DNA of 64,000 bases from Eledone cirrhosa (GCA_964016885.1 OZ024740.1:141670001-141734000); one strand, 5' to 3'. Shown: positions 12,141-33,590, numbered from the stretch's first letter. The notes: generated by a model from the sequence alone, not told the origin. Translations and numbers: made by a program.

Positions 12141-13379
12141 TATCTCTTTCTCTTAATTTCGAGTATATTTTTTTGACCGGCCACCTTCCTGGTGGCAAGG
12201 TTGTAAAAGAAAAGAAATTGTGATCCCTTGAATCGCAAGAATGTTTTGCAAATTTTGAAGGTGCCAGCTATCGCAGCCATTTGTAGACTATGAATTAGGG
12301 AGCTGCGCTCTGTCCGCAAATCCAAGTTCAGTCATACTTTGGTCCAAACAGGTTGGTATATAACCCGTAGCTCCAATAATGATGGGTATGAAGCTAAAGC
12401 TGTATCTTGGATACTGGATTTGTAATCTCCTCATCAATGGTCCGTAGATGTCCTCCTTCTGCTGTATTTTTCTGACAACGTTTACATCAAGTGGGCAGCT
12501 GATCTCCACAACAGAACACGTTTTCAATGTGTGGTCCCAAACAACAATATCAGGCCAGTTGTGCTTTAATTTGGTGGCAGTTTTTATTTTCAGGTTCCAC
12601 CAGTATTCCTTAGTGCCATCTGTCTCAATATATTCTTCCTCGTTTGTGTTAATTTTGTTTTCCGAAGTGCGTTGCAGATGGTTCTAGCTATCCCATCGTG
12701 TATCATGGGGAGGTAGTAGCGAGATGACATTCTTTCGCAGCTGGCAACAATGTGGCTTACATCCTCGATCTTTGTTTTACATAGCCTACATTTATTGTCA
12801 GCTGATGGCCCTCCCCTTTTGTGCAGCAGATATTTGGTAGGGAGTTCTTGTTCCTGTATTGCATAGAGATATCCCTCAAGGTGTGATGTCATAAAACTTG
12901 TCGGAACTCCATGCCAGGCTTTTTGAGTGGTTTATCCCTTCTATGGTCTTTGTTTTACGTCTCAAGTATCGATGCACAACTTTTTCTGTAAATTGGTCAA
13001 TTTTTTCATCTTGTTTGAACATTGAATAGGATCTTCCGATTTCTCTGGGTGAGAGATTTATATCAGGCTTTATTCCATATCTTTCCTCCAGATCAGTGGC
13101 TATTCTAATGATATTTTTTTTTTCATGCTCATAAACCTGGGCAAGATGGTTGCCAACCTTTTTCCTCTGTTGAAGGTGTTGCTTCAGTGTTACTATCCGG
13201 GTTTCATATGATGTTAATATGGATTTTTAGACCCCGGCCACCTTTCTTGCGTGAGAAGTATAGCCTATCCACATCACCATTTATGTTAAAGTTCCCAGTA
13301 ACACTGAGAAGTTTGCGAGTTCTAACATCCATCTCACTTAGTTCTTGCAATGAGCAGTTCAGCAGGTCAAATGTTGAGC
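12141..13379 (-). mobile_element. R4/Dong-like RLE-endonuclease LINE, 5'-truncated
   Basis: DVDRLYFSRKKGGRGL, EGYLYAIQEQEL, CRLCKTKIEDVSHIVASC (CCHC), IHD, KHNWPDIVVWD..VVEISCP..K..Y, PIIIGATG; 3' end abuts (CATA)n. Confidence 0.85.
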
Positions 13380-14150
13380 ATGTATTTGTTACAAGAAACA
13401 GAGTTTGTTCTGTCACTCGCGTATGTCGGTATAGAGAAAGTGGACACAATTGACAATCGTTCAGAAAAGCGAGATTTTACGGCGTCTTGATCGCAGTGAG
13501 AGGTTATCAAATACTGCACAAGAATATATAGTACGTAATTATGTTCGGTTTGGCTTCCTTAGTTTACGATTGATCAGTTACTCGAACATGTATGTATGTG
13601 TGTGATGTATGCATGTATGTATGTATGTATGTATGTATGTATGTATGTATGTATGTATGTATGTATGTATGTGTGTATGTATGTATGTATGTATGTATGT
13701 ATATATGCATGAATGAATGTATGTATATGTGTGTAAGTGCGCGCGCGCGCGCGTGTGTATGAGTTATTAATACGTAAAGAAAGCTATTTTACCATAGAGT
13801 TATAGAAATGTAACAGCTGAAATACAAGTGTATTAAACCGAACGAGAATATATAACACCCATAACCGTAGCAACCAGTCTTTTTCATATTTTCAGCAAAA
13901 TGATTGAAAGGTTAAAAATACGAAACACCTGCTGCATTTTGTTCGAGTAGCTGATCAATTGTAAACTAAGGAAGCCAAACCGAACATAATTACGTACTAT
14001 ATATTCTTGTGCAGTATTTGATAACCTCTCACTGCGATCAAGACGCCATAAAATCTCGCTTTTCTGAACGATTGTCAATTGTGTCCACTTTCTCTATACC
14101 GACATACACGAGTGACAGGAAACAAACTCTGTTTCTTGTAACAAATACAT
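13380..14150. repeat. Inverted repeat, ~210-bp arms (13380-13588 / 13940-14150), enclosing (TATG)n
   Basis: Direct reverse-complement match with few differences. Confidence 0.9.
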
Positions 14151-14510
14151 CCTCAATTGTATTTTGCCATACACATAAATCCTTCAGCATATCAGTTATT
14201 TTTGCTGTTAAAACTATTTTAACAGCAATTGTAATTAAACGACTAAGATCAAACTAACGGAACGACTGACATCCGAGTGATATCGAGTAACTGGCTGTTG
14301 GGGGCTAGAGGCGTGTAATATTTTCATTTCAATCTTTGTGCAGTGGTTGTGACTTTAGTTTTAAGCGAAATATTTTCAGTTGCTTTTTTTTTAACCCAGC
14401 TCAGCGACCCCACCGAGCATTACCATATGCCATTATGGCCAACCAGCCACTGGTAACATATCGTTAATGTAATGTTCATCAATGGTTTTCAGTAATTTGA
14501 TTCACTTTTA

Positions 14511-14902
14511 CTGACCTACCAATCTCAAAAAACCCAAACGGGGACTACCATTGAAAAAAGTACCCCAAAACGGGGGAAAATGGGGTCAAAACGGGGAGAT
14601 TCTAAATAATTGTTTCTACTTTAGGGCACAAGGCCAGCAATTACCCAGTGCATTACTGGTACTTTATTTTATCGACCCCGTAAGGATGAAAGGCAAAGTC
14701 AACCTCGGCGGGATTTGAACTCAGATCGTAAAGGGACGTAACTATGCTGGAAAGCATGGCGTCCGGACCCTCTACCGATACTGCCAATCCCCCACCCTAA
14801 ATACATGAAAGCTATACCCATTTTTACAAGTGAATACATCTCTCACCTACCCCAAATTGGTTGGGAGATCTCGCCGTCGGACGGGAAGATTTGACAGGTC
14901 TG
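14511..14902 (-). mobile_element. hAT-like MITE interrupted by a SINE (14603-14797, minus)
   Basis: Homologous to 41155-41348; flanked by CTTTTA direct repeat; SINE bounded by CTAAATA duplication. Confidence 0.7.
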
Positions 14903-15434
14903 CTTTTAATCATAGTAAACAAAGGACGAGATGGTAGTATTATTTGCAAGTGCGGGTTACACACAGTATAGCTAATTAAATATTCACGGGACCTGATATA
15001 TCTTATTCGGAAAATCGATATAGGAAAACCGAGATTCGATTGTATGGGAACACACACACGTACACACTTTCACGACGATACACAGATTGGCACGACAACA
15101 CAAACACAAACACATACACACAGAGACAGGCACATGTTTACATACTGACATTCACATACACATATACACATTGAATCAACAAGTAGCACACACACACACA
15201 CACTGACTATAATACATACCTCAATACACTCAGATGGATAGATGGATAGATGGCTGGACACAGTCAAATATGTGTGTGTGTGTATGTATATATATATAAT
15301 GTATATATATAGAATGTATATATATATATGTGTGTGTGTGTGTAATGTATAAATATAAATATATATATATATATATAGAAATTACATGAATCAAAGTTCT
15401 GTTTAAATCATTTATTTGCTTACAATTGTAATAC

Positions 15435-15495
<61 letters not shown>

Positions 15496-15587
15496 GTGTA
15501 TGTGTGACCTATTAAAACCTCGACTATGTATCTTTAATGATACATGACTAAAAGAAAAGCTGTCCTCCATATATATAAATACATACG

Positions 15588-15635
<48 letters not shown>

Positions 15636-15650
15636 ACACACACACACACA

Positions 15651-15729
<79 letters not shown>

Positions 15730-15764
15730 TATGTACTTGTTTGTAGATAGATAGACAGATAGAT

Positions 15765-15796
<32 letters not shown>

Positions 15797-15817
15797 TATA
15801 GATAGATAAATAGATAC

Positions 15818-16065
15818 ATTTCTTTATTAGCCACAAGGGCACAAAAGAAGGGGACAAATACAAATGGGGAGTTTACATACAGGTATATGAAAATAAAACT
15901 ATTAATAAAATAACAAATAACAATTGAAATCCCCAATAGGGGGGAGGTGTTACACAGGGGTTGTACACACCCCGAACAAATGTACAACCCTCATCTCCAG
16001 GAGCACCAAGAGTGAGTACTCCCTTCCTCTCTTCCTCTTTTTCCTCAACCTACAGGCTTATATAG
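15818..16065 (-). mobile_element. LINE-like 3' end inserted in (GATA)n
   Basis: Near-identical to 22334-22585; on minus it ends GTGGCT-AATAAA-GAAAT then (ATCT)n. Confidence 0.7.
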
Positions 16066-16354
16066 AGAGAAGATAGATAGATAGATAGATAGACAACATA
16101 CACACGTTGACATTTCTTTTTCGCGCACATGTTATTGTGACATACATACACACCTTGTTTAAAGTCAAATAAAACGTATTGATTGCATAATATAAACATA
16201 TATACACAAACACACCTCTTGTGTAGTTTAAGGTTGCTAGATATGGTGGTAAACGGAGAAGGAATGAAAGAGAAAGACAGGTATAGAGAGAAAAGATGTT
16301 GAAGAAGCAGAAGATGAAGAAGATGGCGAAGAAGAAAATGGGGAGGAGGAGGAG

Positions 16355-20220
<3,866 letters not shown>

Positions 20221-20300
20221 ACTAGATGAAGAGTGTAATGTTGACAGAAAGAAAGGCATATATATATATATATAGATAGATAGAAAGATTTGAATATATG

Positions 20301-20351
<51 letters not shown>

Positions 20352-20358
20352 TTCATAA

Positions 20359-20391
<33 letters not shown>

Positions 20392-20552
20392 CATATATTA
20401 AAGTGTTAAACAATATTCAATGAGTATGCTAAAGAATGAGTTTTACAGTAGATTGGAAGCACTCTACGAATAAAAATAATTTTCCGGAGTTATTAATATT
20501 AAAATACTTAAATCTTAACCATATAACATCTCAGGGTATGTCATGTATCATT

Positions 20553-20609
20553 ATATTTTGTCTGATGAGGACGTACTGTTGTACATCCAAAATATGTATA
20601 ATAAAATGT
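20553..20609 (+). ncRNA. Degenerate hammerhead, family B
   Basis: ATATTTTGT-CTGATGA-GGACGTAC-TGTT-GTACATCC-AAAATATGTATA-ATAAAATGT; G12 mutated to A. Confidence 0.55.
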
Positions 20610-20647
20610 AATTGATCAAAAGAACATCTATTTTATTAATATTTATA

Positions 20648-21810
<1,163 letters not shown>

Positions 21811-21996
21811 CAGATTGATAGATGGTTAAATGGATGGATAGATAGAGATAGGAGGAGGAGAGAAACATACTGAAAGAGAGAAGACAGAAGTTAGATACCT
21901 GGGTAGAGAGAACGAGTACATAGGGGATAGGAAGAAAAAGAGATTTGTGACAAAGGGAGAGAGGTGAGGAAGAGGAAGTAAGAGAGAGAGCGAGAG

Positions 21997-22054
<58 letters not shown>

Positions 22055-22204
22055 AGAGATTGAGAGGGGGGATAGAGAGAGAAATTAGAGAAATTAGAGA
22101 CAGGTAGAGAAATGCAAGAGACTGAGAGCTGGGACGAGGAAGAGACCCGAAAGACAGGGAGTGGGAGGCGGGAAAACGGAGGGGAAGAGATAGATAGATA
22201 GATA

Positions 22205-22850
22205 GATATATTTCTATATTTGCCACAGGGACACAAAAGATGGGGACAAATACAAATACAAATTGGGGAGTTTACATACAAGCGTATAAAAATAGAACTA
22301 ATAAATAAATAACAAATACAATTTGATAGATAAATTTCTTTATTAGCCACAAGGGCACAAAAGAAGGGGACAAATACAAATGGGGAGTTTACATACAGGT
22401 ATATGAAAATAAAACTATTAATAAAATAACAAATAACAATTGAAATCCCCAATAGGGGGGAGGTGTTACACAGGGGTTGTACACATCCCGAAAAAAATGT
22501 ACAACCCTCATCTCCAGGAGCACGATGAGTGAGTACTCCCTTCCTCTCTTCCTCTTTTTCCTCAACCTACAGGCTTATATAGAGAGAGAGATAGATAGAT
22601 AGATAGATAGAGATATATATAGAGAGAGACTTAAGACAGACGAAATGACAGAGTGTGAGAGTGAGAGAGTGTGGGAGACGAAAGGTAAGAAAGAAATAGG
22701 AAAGTAAGACATAAAACAGAAAGAGAGAGAGAGACAGATAGATAGCTAGATCGATAAATAGATAGAGAGATCAATAGATATATTTCTTTATTTGCCACTA
22801 GGGCACAAGAGAAAGGGGACAATACAAAGACACGTGCCGGGGATTTTACA
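22205..22850 (-). mobile_element. Cluster of (GATA)n-inserted LINE-like 3' ends (22205-22325, 22334-22585, 22780-22850)
   Basis: Repeated ATTTCTTTATT.GCCAC.AGGGCACAA..GGGGACAA immediately after (GATA)n. Confidence 0.7.
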
Positions 22851-22865
22851 CACAGATAGATAGAC

Positions 22866-22896
<31 letters not shown>

Positions 22897-22999
22897 AAGA
22901 TAGATAGATAGATAGAAAAATGAGTGAGACAGAGACAAAAAGAGATAGAGAAAATGAAAGAAAGAGGAAGATAAAGAAAGAAAAGAAATATAAAAAAGG

Positions 23000-23030
<31 letters not shown>

Positions 23031-23031
23031 G

Positions 23032-23117
<86 letters not shown>

Positions 23118-24227
23118 TGAGAAGTACTAGTGCTCAGTTAACAGAGAAAGCAATAAACAGCCACTATATTATTATATAGTGACAAACAGGTTTTTACTAA
23201 CAAACATTTATACATATACACACGTGTACACACATACATACACACACATACATTTATACACATACATATACACATATATACACACATACATATACACATA
23301 CATGCACACACATACAATCACACACATACATATACACACATACATACACACACATACATATACACATACATATACACACATACAAACACACATACAAACA
23401 CACACATACATATACACACAAAGAAACACACACATACATATACACACATACAAACACACACATACATATACACACAGAAAAACACACATACATACACACA
23501 CATACATATACACACATACATACACACACATACATATACACACATACATATACACACATACATACATATATACACATACATACACACATATACATATACA
23601 CACATACATATACACACATACATACACACATATACATACACACACATACATATACACACATACATATACACACATACATACACACATATACATATACACA
23701 CATACATATACAGACAAACATACATATATACACATACATACACACATATACATACACGCACATACATACACACACATACACACACACATACACATACACA
23801 CATACACACTTACATACATACACACACATGCATACATACACACACATACATACACTCACATAGACACACACATATATGCACACATACACGCACATACATA
23901 AATACTCAAATACATACACGCGCACACACACACATACACATATACGTATATGCATACTCACATAGTACATACATTTAGATATATAATACTCTCACACACA
24001 AACACACATACATAAGCACACACAAAAACTGTCACACCACTCATGTTACGCGGACACCTGCATACACATACATACACTTAGACACACAAAAACACACACC
24101 TGTAAAACCCGACTTAACACATGATGACACTCTAAGGCATGTAAATATACAATGCCCACACATACAGAGAGAGGCAAGTACATATAACATATACTAAGAC
24201 AAACGCACCCTCACACACACACATAAA

Positions 24228-24309
<82 letters not shown>

Positions 24310-24466
24310 TTCAGTTCCACTTCTTGTCCATCTCTGGCTTTCTACACACACACGCACACATATATACATACATACATAAACACACACATATATATATATA
24401 TACATACATACATACATACATACATACACACATACATATATATACATACATACATACATACATAAT

Positions 24467-24503
<37 letters not shown>

Positions 24504-25198
24504 ATAAGGGTTGACGGACCCAGCATATATATATGTATGTATGTATACATAGTCACACAGGCGCAGTACTTCGTTCATCCATATACCAAAGTACGCAGAA
24601 CAAAACTACACACGCACACACACATATACCACACAACGCTCATACACACTGTACATACACATATTAGCAATAGCACACGACTCACAAACTCACACACACT
24701 GCACATATACATAACAGACACCACATACTCTCGTTTTAAACTCCACACAGCGAGAGGAGGTGAAATGCTGTACAATTTTCGCTTGGATATCCAACACGGT
24801 CCGACCACAAAATATAATTTTGTGCGTGTAATTTTTTTTCCTTTCTTTTCCCCCAAAAATGAATATGGGATACATAAGAAATTTTGGTTTGATTTTTAAT
24901 TTTAAATTTCAGTAGGACCTTTTCGGAATGCTTACAAGTTGAGGTTACTCAAAATAATAATAATAAAAAAAAAATATATATAGGATGTTTTAACAAAAAA
25001 ACCCTATAATAAGTAAGAAAAAGAGATTAGAACGAAAGTACAGAGAGAGTACAGCAAGAGAAAAGAAAAGAAAATATACACATTGTGTGTGTATATATAC
25101 ATACATACATACATACATACATGCATATATACATACAAATATAACACATACATACATCTATACATCCATACATCTATACATACATACACACACACACA

Positions 25199-25253
<55 letters not shown>

Positions 25254-25667
25254 CTGTACAAAAATATACAATTGAAATTATACACGTAAAAGAAAATTAT
25301 TATATACGCATGAAGAAAATAGGCCCCGCAAAAAAAAAAAAAAATAATAATAATAATAATAATAAAATATTAAAAAAAATCTAAAAAATATTTGATAGAT
25401 CAACTAAACAACCAGTCTTGGATAGTAATTGTGTAATTAATTATTAAGAAAAAAAAGTATTATTACAAAAGAAAAATAAACAAAATACTTGAGGAAAACA
25501 ACTGCAACAACACAATCCAAAAAAACCATCTGTTGGGCCTAAAATTTTTATTTGTAAATCTGTATCTATGTTGAATACATAAATACACACCAACACACAT
25601 ACACATATATTCTATTTGTAGTGTATATAGCATATTATAATTATATATACACTAACATATTTGTATG

Positions 25668-25709
<42 letters not shown>

Positions 25710-26299
25710 ACGTTTCTCTATTTGGAATCATTTGAAAGCTACTAGAAGGTAAGTTCACTTTAAACTACTTAACTATGACTATTTACGATATTCGATAAAA
25801 ATTTAATTGTTTTGAAAACATTTCATCACGGGTTCGATTCTTAACAAGGGCAGCTTGATTTATCGTTTCTTCTTCACAATTTTTCTTTTTTCTTTCTTTC
25901 CTTCTTTCTCGTCCACTCCTCACTGGCAATGTCCCCATACATACAAATATATGTATTCTTCTTGATCAGTCGCAGATTAAATAGGATTAATTATCATTAT
26001 GGGAGGAATGGTAGAATCATTAGAACCTCGGATAAAATGCATTGCAGTAATTGTTTCGACTCTCTACGTTTCTAAGTTCAAATCCCGCTGAGGTCAGCTT
26101 TATCTTTCGTCCTTCTGTGGCCAACAAAATAAAGTACCAATCAAGTACTGTGGTCGATATATTCGACAATGCCTCGTGCCTATATTAGAAACAACTATAT
26201 ATATATCATTATCATCATCATCATCATCATCGTTTAACGTCTATGATAATGATCATGATATATATATATATATAAATGTAATCTGAGTTTTTCGAATAT

Positions 26300-26470
26300 T
26301 AATAATTGTTTCTACTTTTGGCACAAGGCCAGCAATTACCCAGTGTATTACTGGTACTTTATTTTATCGACCCCGTAAGGATGAAAGGCAAAGTTAACCT
26401 CGGCGGGATTTGAGCTCATAATGGAAAAGACCGTAACTCTTTGCGTCAAAGCATGGTGTCCGACCCTCTA
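26300..26470 (-). mobile_element. SINE copy (older diverged copy at ~26005-26195 on plus)
   Basis: Match to the window SINE consensus. Confidence 0.85.
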
Positions 26471-26553
26471 TATTAATAATAATACTCGATTCGTTTGCAA
26501 TGATGCAAACAAGCCTCATTTTTAAAGCCATGTCAGTAGAATGAGCCCCTCAT

Positions 26554-26599
<46 letters not shown>

Positions 26600-26652
26600 A
26601 TATATATATAGAGAGAGAGAGGGGGAGAGCGAGAGAGAGATTGAGAAAGAGG

Positions 26653-26740
<88 letters not shown>

Positions 26741-27325
26741 ATAGGAAGACATAATGCCGAATTAAGAGTTTGTTCCGATTAGCGCAATGTAATGTAATGA
26801 AATTTCACATCCGAAATTTTAATCTTGAAAGACGAACTATGAGGACTATTTTTTTATCCATCGAATGATTGATTGTAGAATATATGTACCAGTAACCAAT
26901 GGCGGATTAAAGGGTGGCGGGTGGTTGGGTTGACAGAGTTACAGTTGGGGTACCGACAATATTCAAATTATGTTGCTACACAAATAGTACGCCCAATGAA
27001 AATTTTAACCAACGACTCAATGCAAGCTTAATTCGCCTATGCCAATACTAGTACCAGTTATAAGCTTCGGGATTAATTTAATAAAGCCATATCATGTCCC
27101 ATCATAAACTGATCTTGTTGTTACACAAATATGGAAAGTAAAATATAACCATATTGTTGTTTTAAGGACTGTGGATCGAGAAATTTTACCTTTCACCCTG
27201 TAGAGAATCGATAAAATATAATTTCCACTAACAGAGTGGCAAACCAAGCTAATGTAAAGAAAAAAATAACCCCACCATCTTTCATTTCATATATACATAT
27301 ATACCATACGGATGCGATGCACTGC

Positions 27326-27370
<45 letters not shown>

Positions 27371-27588
27371 AGTAGCATCAGTTATGGGCAATGAAAATAA
27401 AGCAGTTCTTACGCACTATAATAAATATGTATATAGATTACAGTATACACACACACACACATATATATATATTTGTGTGTGTGTGTGTGTGTGTGTGTGT
27501 GACTCTGCGTGTTGTGCGAATGTATAAAAACACACACGATGTCAGCTTAAAATATAATTCATAAACTACTCTGCATACATGTATTGAG

Positions 27589-27690
<102 letters not shown>

Positions 27691-27731
27691 TAAATATATA
27701 TACATATATATGTATGTGTGTGTGTGAAACA

Positions 27732-27767
<36 letters not shown>

Positions 27768-27783
27768 GAGACGGGGGGGGGGG

Positions 27784-27835
<52 letters not shown>

Positions 27836-28166
27836 TTGCGTGCGTCTTAAGGAAGTATAATATTGTATTAAGTCGCCCTTGTGGCAGCTGTTACGAGTAG
27901 AGAGAGAAAGAGGGGGGGGGGGGCGCATAGAGCGGGTCGAACTGTTTCTTTTATTCCTTACTGGTTTCATATCGACCTACAATACTTATTTTGTCAAGTC
28001 TGATAGTTATTTTATCGATTACCTTTTGTCGAACCGTTAGGTTACGGAATGTAAACACAGACACAAGCATAAACATAAATACGGATACACAACAGATGCA
28101 CACACTGACACATAGATACATACATACATAGATACATACATACATACATATACACACACACACACG

Positions 28167-28227
<61 letters not shown>

Positions 28228-29396
28228 ATATATATATATATATATCTATAATTTATCTGCGATAGAAATGACTTCCACAGTCCTAGAACTCTTTCAACCA
28301 GTTGAAAACACCAAGAAAATCTTGTTGATTTATGTACCTTCTCTACTTATTGTATCGAGTACCTTATTTAACTATGGCCTCTTTCCATTCCTCACCAGAA
28401 AATAGTTCTGCCCCCCCCCCCCCTCTCTCTCGACGGGCTTCTGCAGGCTCCGTCTACCGAATTCCACTGACAAATCATTATTCAATCTGAGGCTATCGTG
28501 GCATACACTTGCGGAAGTTGCCGCGAAGCGGGATTCATCCCAGAAACTCGTGGCTGCAAAGAGAACTCTATAACCATACAGCCATACATGTGCCTGATGT
28601 TCGAAATGTTCCCAGAAACTGATGGCAAGGTCGACTGTAGAGTTGTTGTTGTGTCCCCGAACATACTCAACACAAAATGAAGTCTATTAGATTGCTGATT
28701 CGATCGTATTACTGAGCTGTTAGATGGAAGCTGTGTGTGAAAGTTATGCTTTAACAATGATAGACATAATCGGACACCCGGTTTACCACCACGAGCACTA
28801 ACACCGTCATCACCTAAGCATAGCATTCTTAGCACAAATTCATCTTTTCCTGCCACCATTCACACACACAAACATTGGTGTTAGGAAGCCATAGCAAACA
28901 GAGTTTGACATGGCAAACGTCTTTTGTTTGGTGCCACGGAAAATGCATTCAAAGCACTTTATACTGTAGTTGGTGATAAGAAGGGTGTCTAGTTGTAGAA
29001 AGCATGTAAAAAAAAGTGTCCAGAGAAATCTTCAGATGTCAATGACAATGCAGCCTCTCTAGTGTTGGTGGTTTTAAGGATAAACATACTCTGGCTGGTG
29101 ACAGAAAAGGCTTTTACCTATAAAAAAACAGCCAAAAAAGAAGGGTCGAGAGGATTCTTCAGTTGTGTCAAATACATAAAAATCTCCCTAGTAGTGGTGC
29201 GACGGTAAAGCGCGGGAACACATGTAAGTGAGGGGCAGGACCCCGATTCGTCTGTGAGGTCAATAGTTCCGACGGTGTTCTGACTTGGTTTATGACGACC
29301 CGTTCAACCATTGCTAGCAGAGAAAACGCACGTTAAATGACGAAGATAATGACGATATATACACATATGTTTTATATTATGTTAGGTTATATTACC

Positions 29397-29478
<82 letters not shown>

Positions 29479-29880
29479 GTGTGTGTGTGTGTGTGTGTAC
29501 AAGAATAGTAGCCGTCAAAATGTAATAATGGTTTGGTTACAGCCTTCCATGTAAAGATGCTTCAATTATCAATAATCTTTGAGCTTCTCTTTCTTGTCAC
29601 TCAAGCCATTGTATTTCATTTTTCATTCATTTAAATCAATTGCACTAATTTTCTTTCGTATTCTGGTTAATCCTTATTAAATATCTACTAAGTTTCGATG
29701 ATATGTATCTATATCTATATCAACCTTCAGACTGCAATTGGGTTTAGAGGTTTGCTGTTGTTGCTCTTGTTATTGCTTTTCTTGATACATTGGTAAATGT
29801 AGATGGCTATAGATAGGTAGTAAAGTAGATACATTGATGGGTATATAGTTAGACAGATAGACAAACAGACAAATAGATAG

Positions 29881-29921
<41 letters not shown>

Positions 29922-29934
29922 AGAGTGTAATGTA

Positions 29935-30002
<68 letters not shown>

Positions 30003-30179
30003 GCGAGAGAGAGAGACAGATATGTAAATATATATATAGAGACAGATAGATGTTTTTATTGCCAGAAGGTGGATAGATACATAGGTAGATAATTATAGAT
30101 AGGAGTTATTTTACTGTTGACCATCTAGAGGGTGAATATATCTTATCAAACAAATCTAGCACAAAGTTGTCGCACATAC

Positions 30180-30470
30180 ATGGTGGCTGCCAACTCGTTT
30201 TCGAGTACGGCCACTACTTTATATCCATGTAGGAGAACCCCTACCGATGCGCTGAACGAGTGTGACTTTTTAGTCCAGCCAGCGACTTGAAAACTCTGGT
30301 ACAAACACTACACCTGTGACAATTATTGACACATAGTGCTGGGTCCATGGTAGCATGTGACGACAAGTGCAGAGAGATCTCCAGATATATAGCAATGCCT
30401 GTGCCGTGAAGCTTTTATAGTGAGCAAAGGCACTGCACAAAGCCAGTCCCACTCTCTTAACCAAGAGAGT
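30180..30470 (-). mobile_element. 5'-truncated copy of the (TATG)n-associated RTE derivative
   Basis: Reverse complement of ~11607-11895; (CATA)n flank. Confidence 0.85.
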
Positions 30471-30526
30471 CCATACATACATACATACATACATACATAC
30501 ATACATACATACATACATACATACAT

Positions 30527-30575
<49 letters not shown>

Positions 30576-31059
30576 TATTCAGGCCAAGGTTCCTGGTATA
30601 GCTCCGTTCTAGTAACTGTCCTTAATAATTATATTAAAACGGACCCTACAGACTTGAGTAGCTCCATACATCGGACGTTTCTATCAAGTTATTGCCACTA
30701 TATATGTATATATAGAGTAGCTGGCTTTCCCTCAGTGATTAAGTATTCCTTCTGTAAAGACACACCCCTTCAACTCCATTTTTCCCTCACATATAGTATC
30801 AATCATCCACTATAGCCACTGTCCCCCTCAATCTGCACCTCTACCCATTAAGCAACTAGTTTTCAAAACATCTCCCATTCCACTTGTCCGTCTGTTATCT
30901 TTATCTTTTTGTTTCATCTTATCCCATTTTATTACACTGTCAGGTTACCTTGTGTCCTTACTTCCTATTTTTACTTTCAACTCCATAATTATTTTCATCT
31001 TTATCTTTGTCTTATTGTCTTTTCATACAACTTTGTTTCATGTTATTATTAGCAATATC

Positions 31060-31240
31060 AGTAGAGGATCAGACGCCATGCTTTGCAGCTTAGAGTTACG
31101 TCCCTTTACGGTCTGAGTTCAAATCCTGCCGAGGTTAACTTTGACTTTCATCCTTACGGGGTCGATAAAATAAGGTACCAGTTATGCACTGGGATAATTG
31201 CTGGCCTTGTGCCAAATATAAAAACAATTATTATTATTAT
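31060..31240 (+). mobile_element. SINE copy
   Basis: Match to consensus, (ATT)n tail. Confidence 0.85.
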
Positions 31241-31510
31241 TTTTTCATGCCATTATCCTAATATCCACCTCCTCCCTGCTTTCCTTCTTGTTATTATTCA
31301 TGGTATTTTTCAGGTAACCATAAATACAGACGCGCTGTAGCATCTAAAGCGAAATAGTATTTTGAGAATGTGATTGGTGTGTATTGTACTTAAAATCGAG
31401 TGTCTCGGCAAACTGCAGATAGCGGTTTTTAGACACACCGGACCAATGAAACATTTGTTAATACTTGGAATAAACCCTACTATATAGCCGATCCGTCGTG
31501 TTATTCTTCA

Positions 31511-31554
<44 letters not shown>

Positions 31555-31711
31555 CCTTTTTTATGGCTAAGTTTAGAATATGCACTGCCGTAGCTAGTAC
31601 ATATTCTAAAACTTTTTATGGCTAAATAGTCTCTTATTACAAGAATCACTACTTAGCCGTAATAAAGGGATATTTAAACTCTACTTCGGTATTGATATAT
31701 ATACATATATA

Positions 31712-32300
<589 letters not shown>

Positions 32301-32351
32301 GTGTGTTTTAACCAACGAACCGCCTGTAGCTATAGCTACACACATATCTGC

Positions 32352-32406
<55 letters not shown>

Positions 32407-32411
<5 letters not shown>

Positions 32412-33338
32412 AAATTTAGTACAGCATCAACGAAGCCAAGGTTGCAGCCAAGCTAACGAATGTAGTTTCGGTGTACAGCTAAGCACTCAATAGGGTATAT
32501 AACCCTAGAGTTATAACATTACGTTTAGACAGCTTTGCAAAATGAAGACAGCGACCGATAGAAGGGCTGCAGTGACCATAGCGACGAAAAAGACTGAACT
32601 CGGGAAAATTCTTTTGACTAACCTGGACCATCACGTCGACATCAATACACAACACATATAATATACCATATAATATAATATACATCACATATAATCCATA
32701 ATATCTCCGCTAGGTTTCTGTAAATCCGAAATCAACAAAATCTACTTGCAGCGGTCTGCAAGTTAATGATTTTTTAAGATAGAACAATGGAGTTTACTTC
32801 GTCAACAAGTTTTTCGTTCTGGTCCGCTCGGGTAATGATGCTAGAGTAAGTGCTGCTAGCTAGCGCATGGTTTTCCCAAAGGGAGGTAACCCCCGATTTT
32901 GGCGGTCAATTCAAAATTTAGAACAGAGGAATAAAAATTCCTTTACACAAACAGAATTAAGCACTCAACTAGAAGTTATCAAACAAACATAAACAATTAA
33001 TCGATCAATAGAATTGTCTAATTGAATTAATCAATTAATGGTTAATTCTAGGAGATAATAATACAAAATTTAGTACAGCACCAATGAAGCCATGGTTGCA
33101 GCCAAGCTAACGAATGTAGTTTCGGTGTGCAGCTAAGCACTCGATAGGGTATATATAACCCTAGAGTTATAACATGACGTTTAGACAGCTTTGCAAAATG
33201 AAGACAGCGACCGATAGAAGGGCTGCAGTGACCATAGCCACGAAAAAGACCGAACTCAGGAAAAGTTTGACTAACCTGGACCATCACGTCGACATCATAC
33301 ATAACACATAATATATACCATATAATATAATATACATC

Positions 33339-33340
<2 letters not shown>
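32407..33340 (-). mobile_element. Partial tandem, direct repeats 32407-32690 / 33061-33340 (period ~654 nt), TA-bounded
   Basis: Near-identical ~280-bp repeats; spacer has a GTTACCTCCC motif (32881-32890, minus) and a decayed TTGACGA..GTAAA/TTTAC..GAAACCTAG motif. Confidence 0.75.
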
Positions 33341-33429
<89 letters not shown>

Positions 33430-33489
33430 TATATTATATATATATCCATATTTATATACATATATATACCATATAATATAATATACATC

Positions 33490-33542
<53 letters not shown>

Positions 33543-33590
33543 TATATTATATATATATCCATATTTATATACATATATATATATATATAC

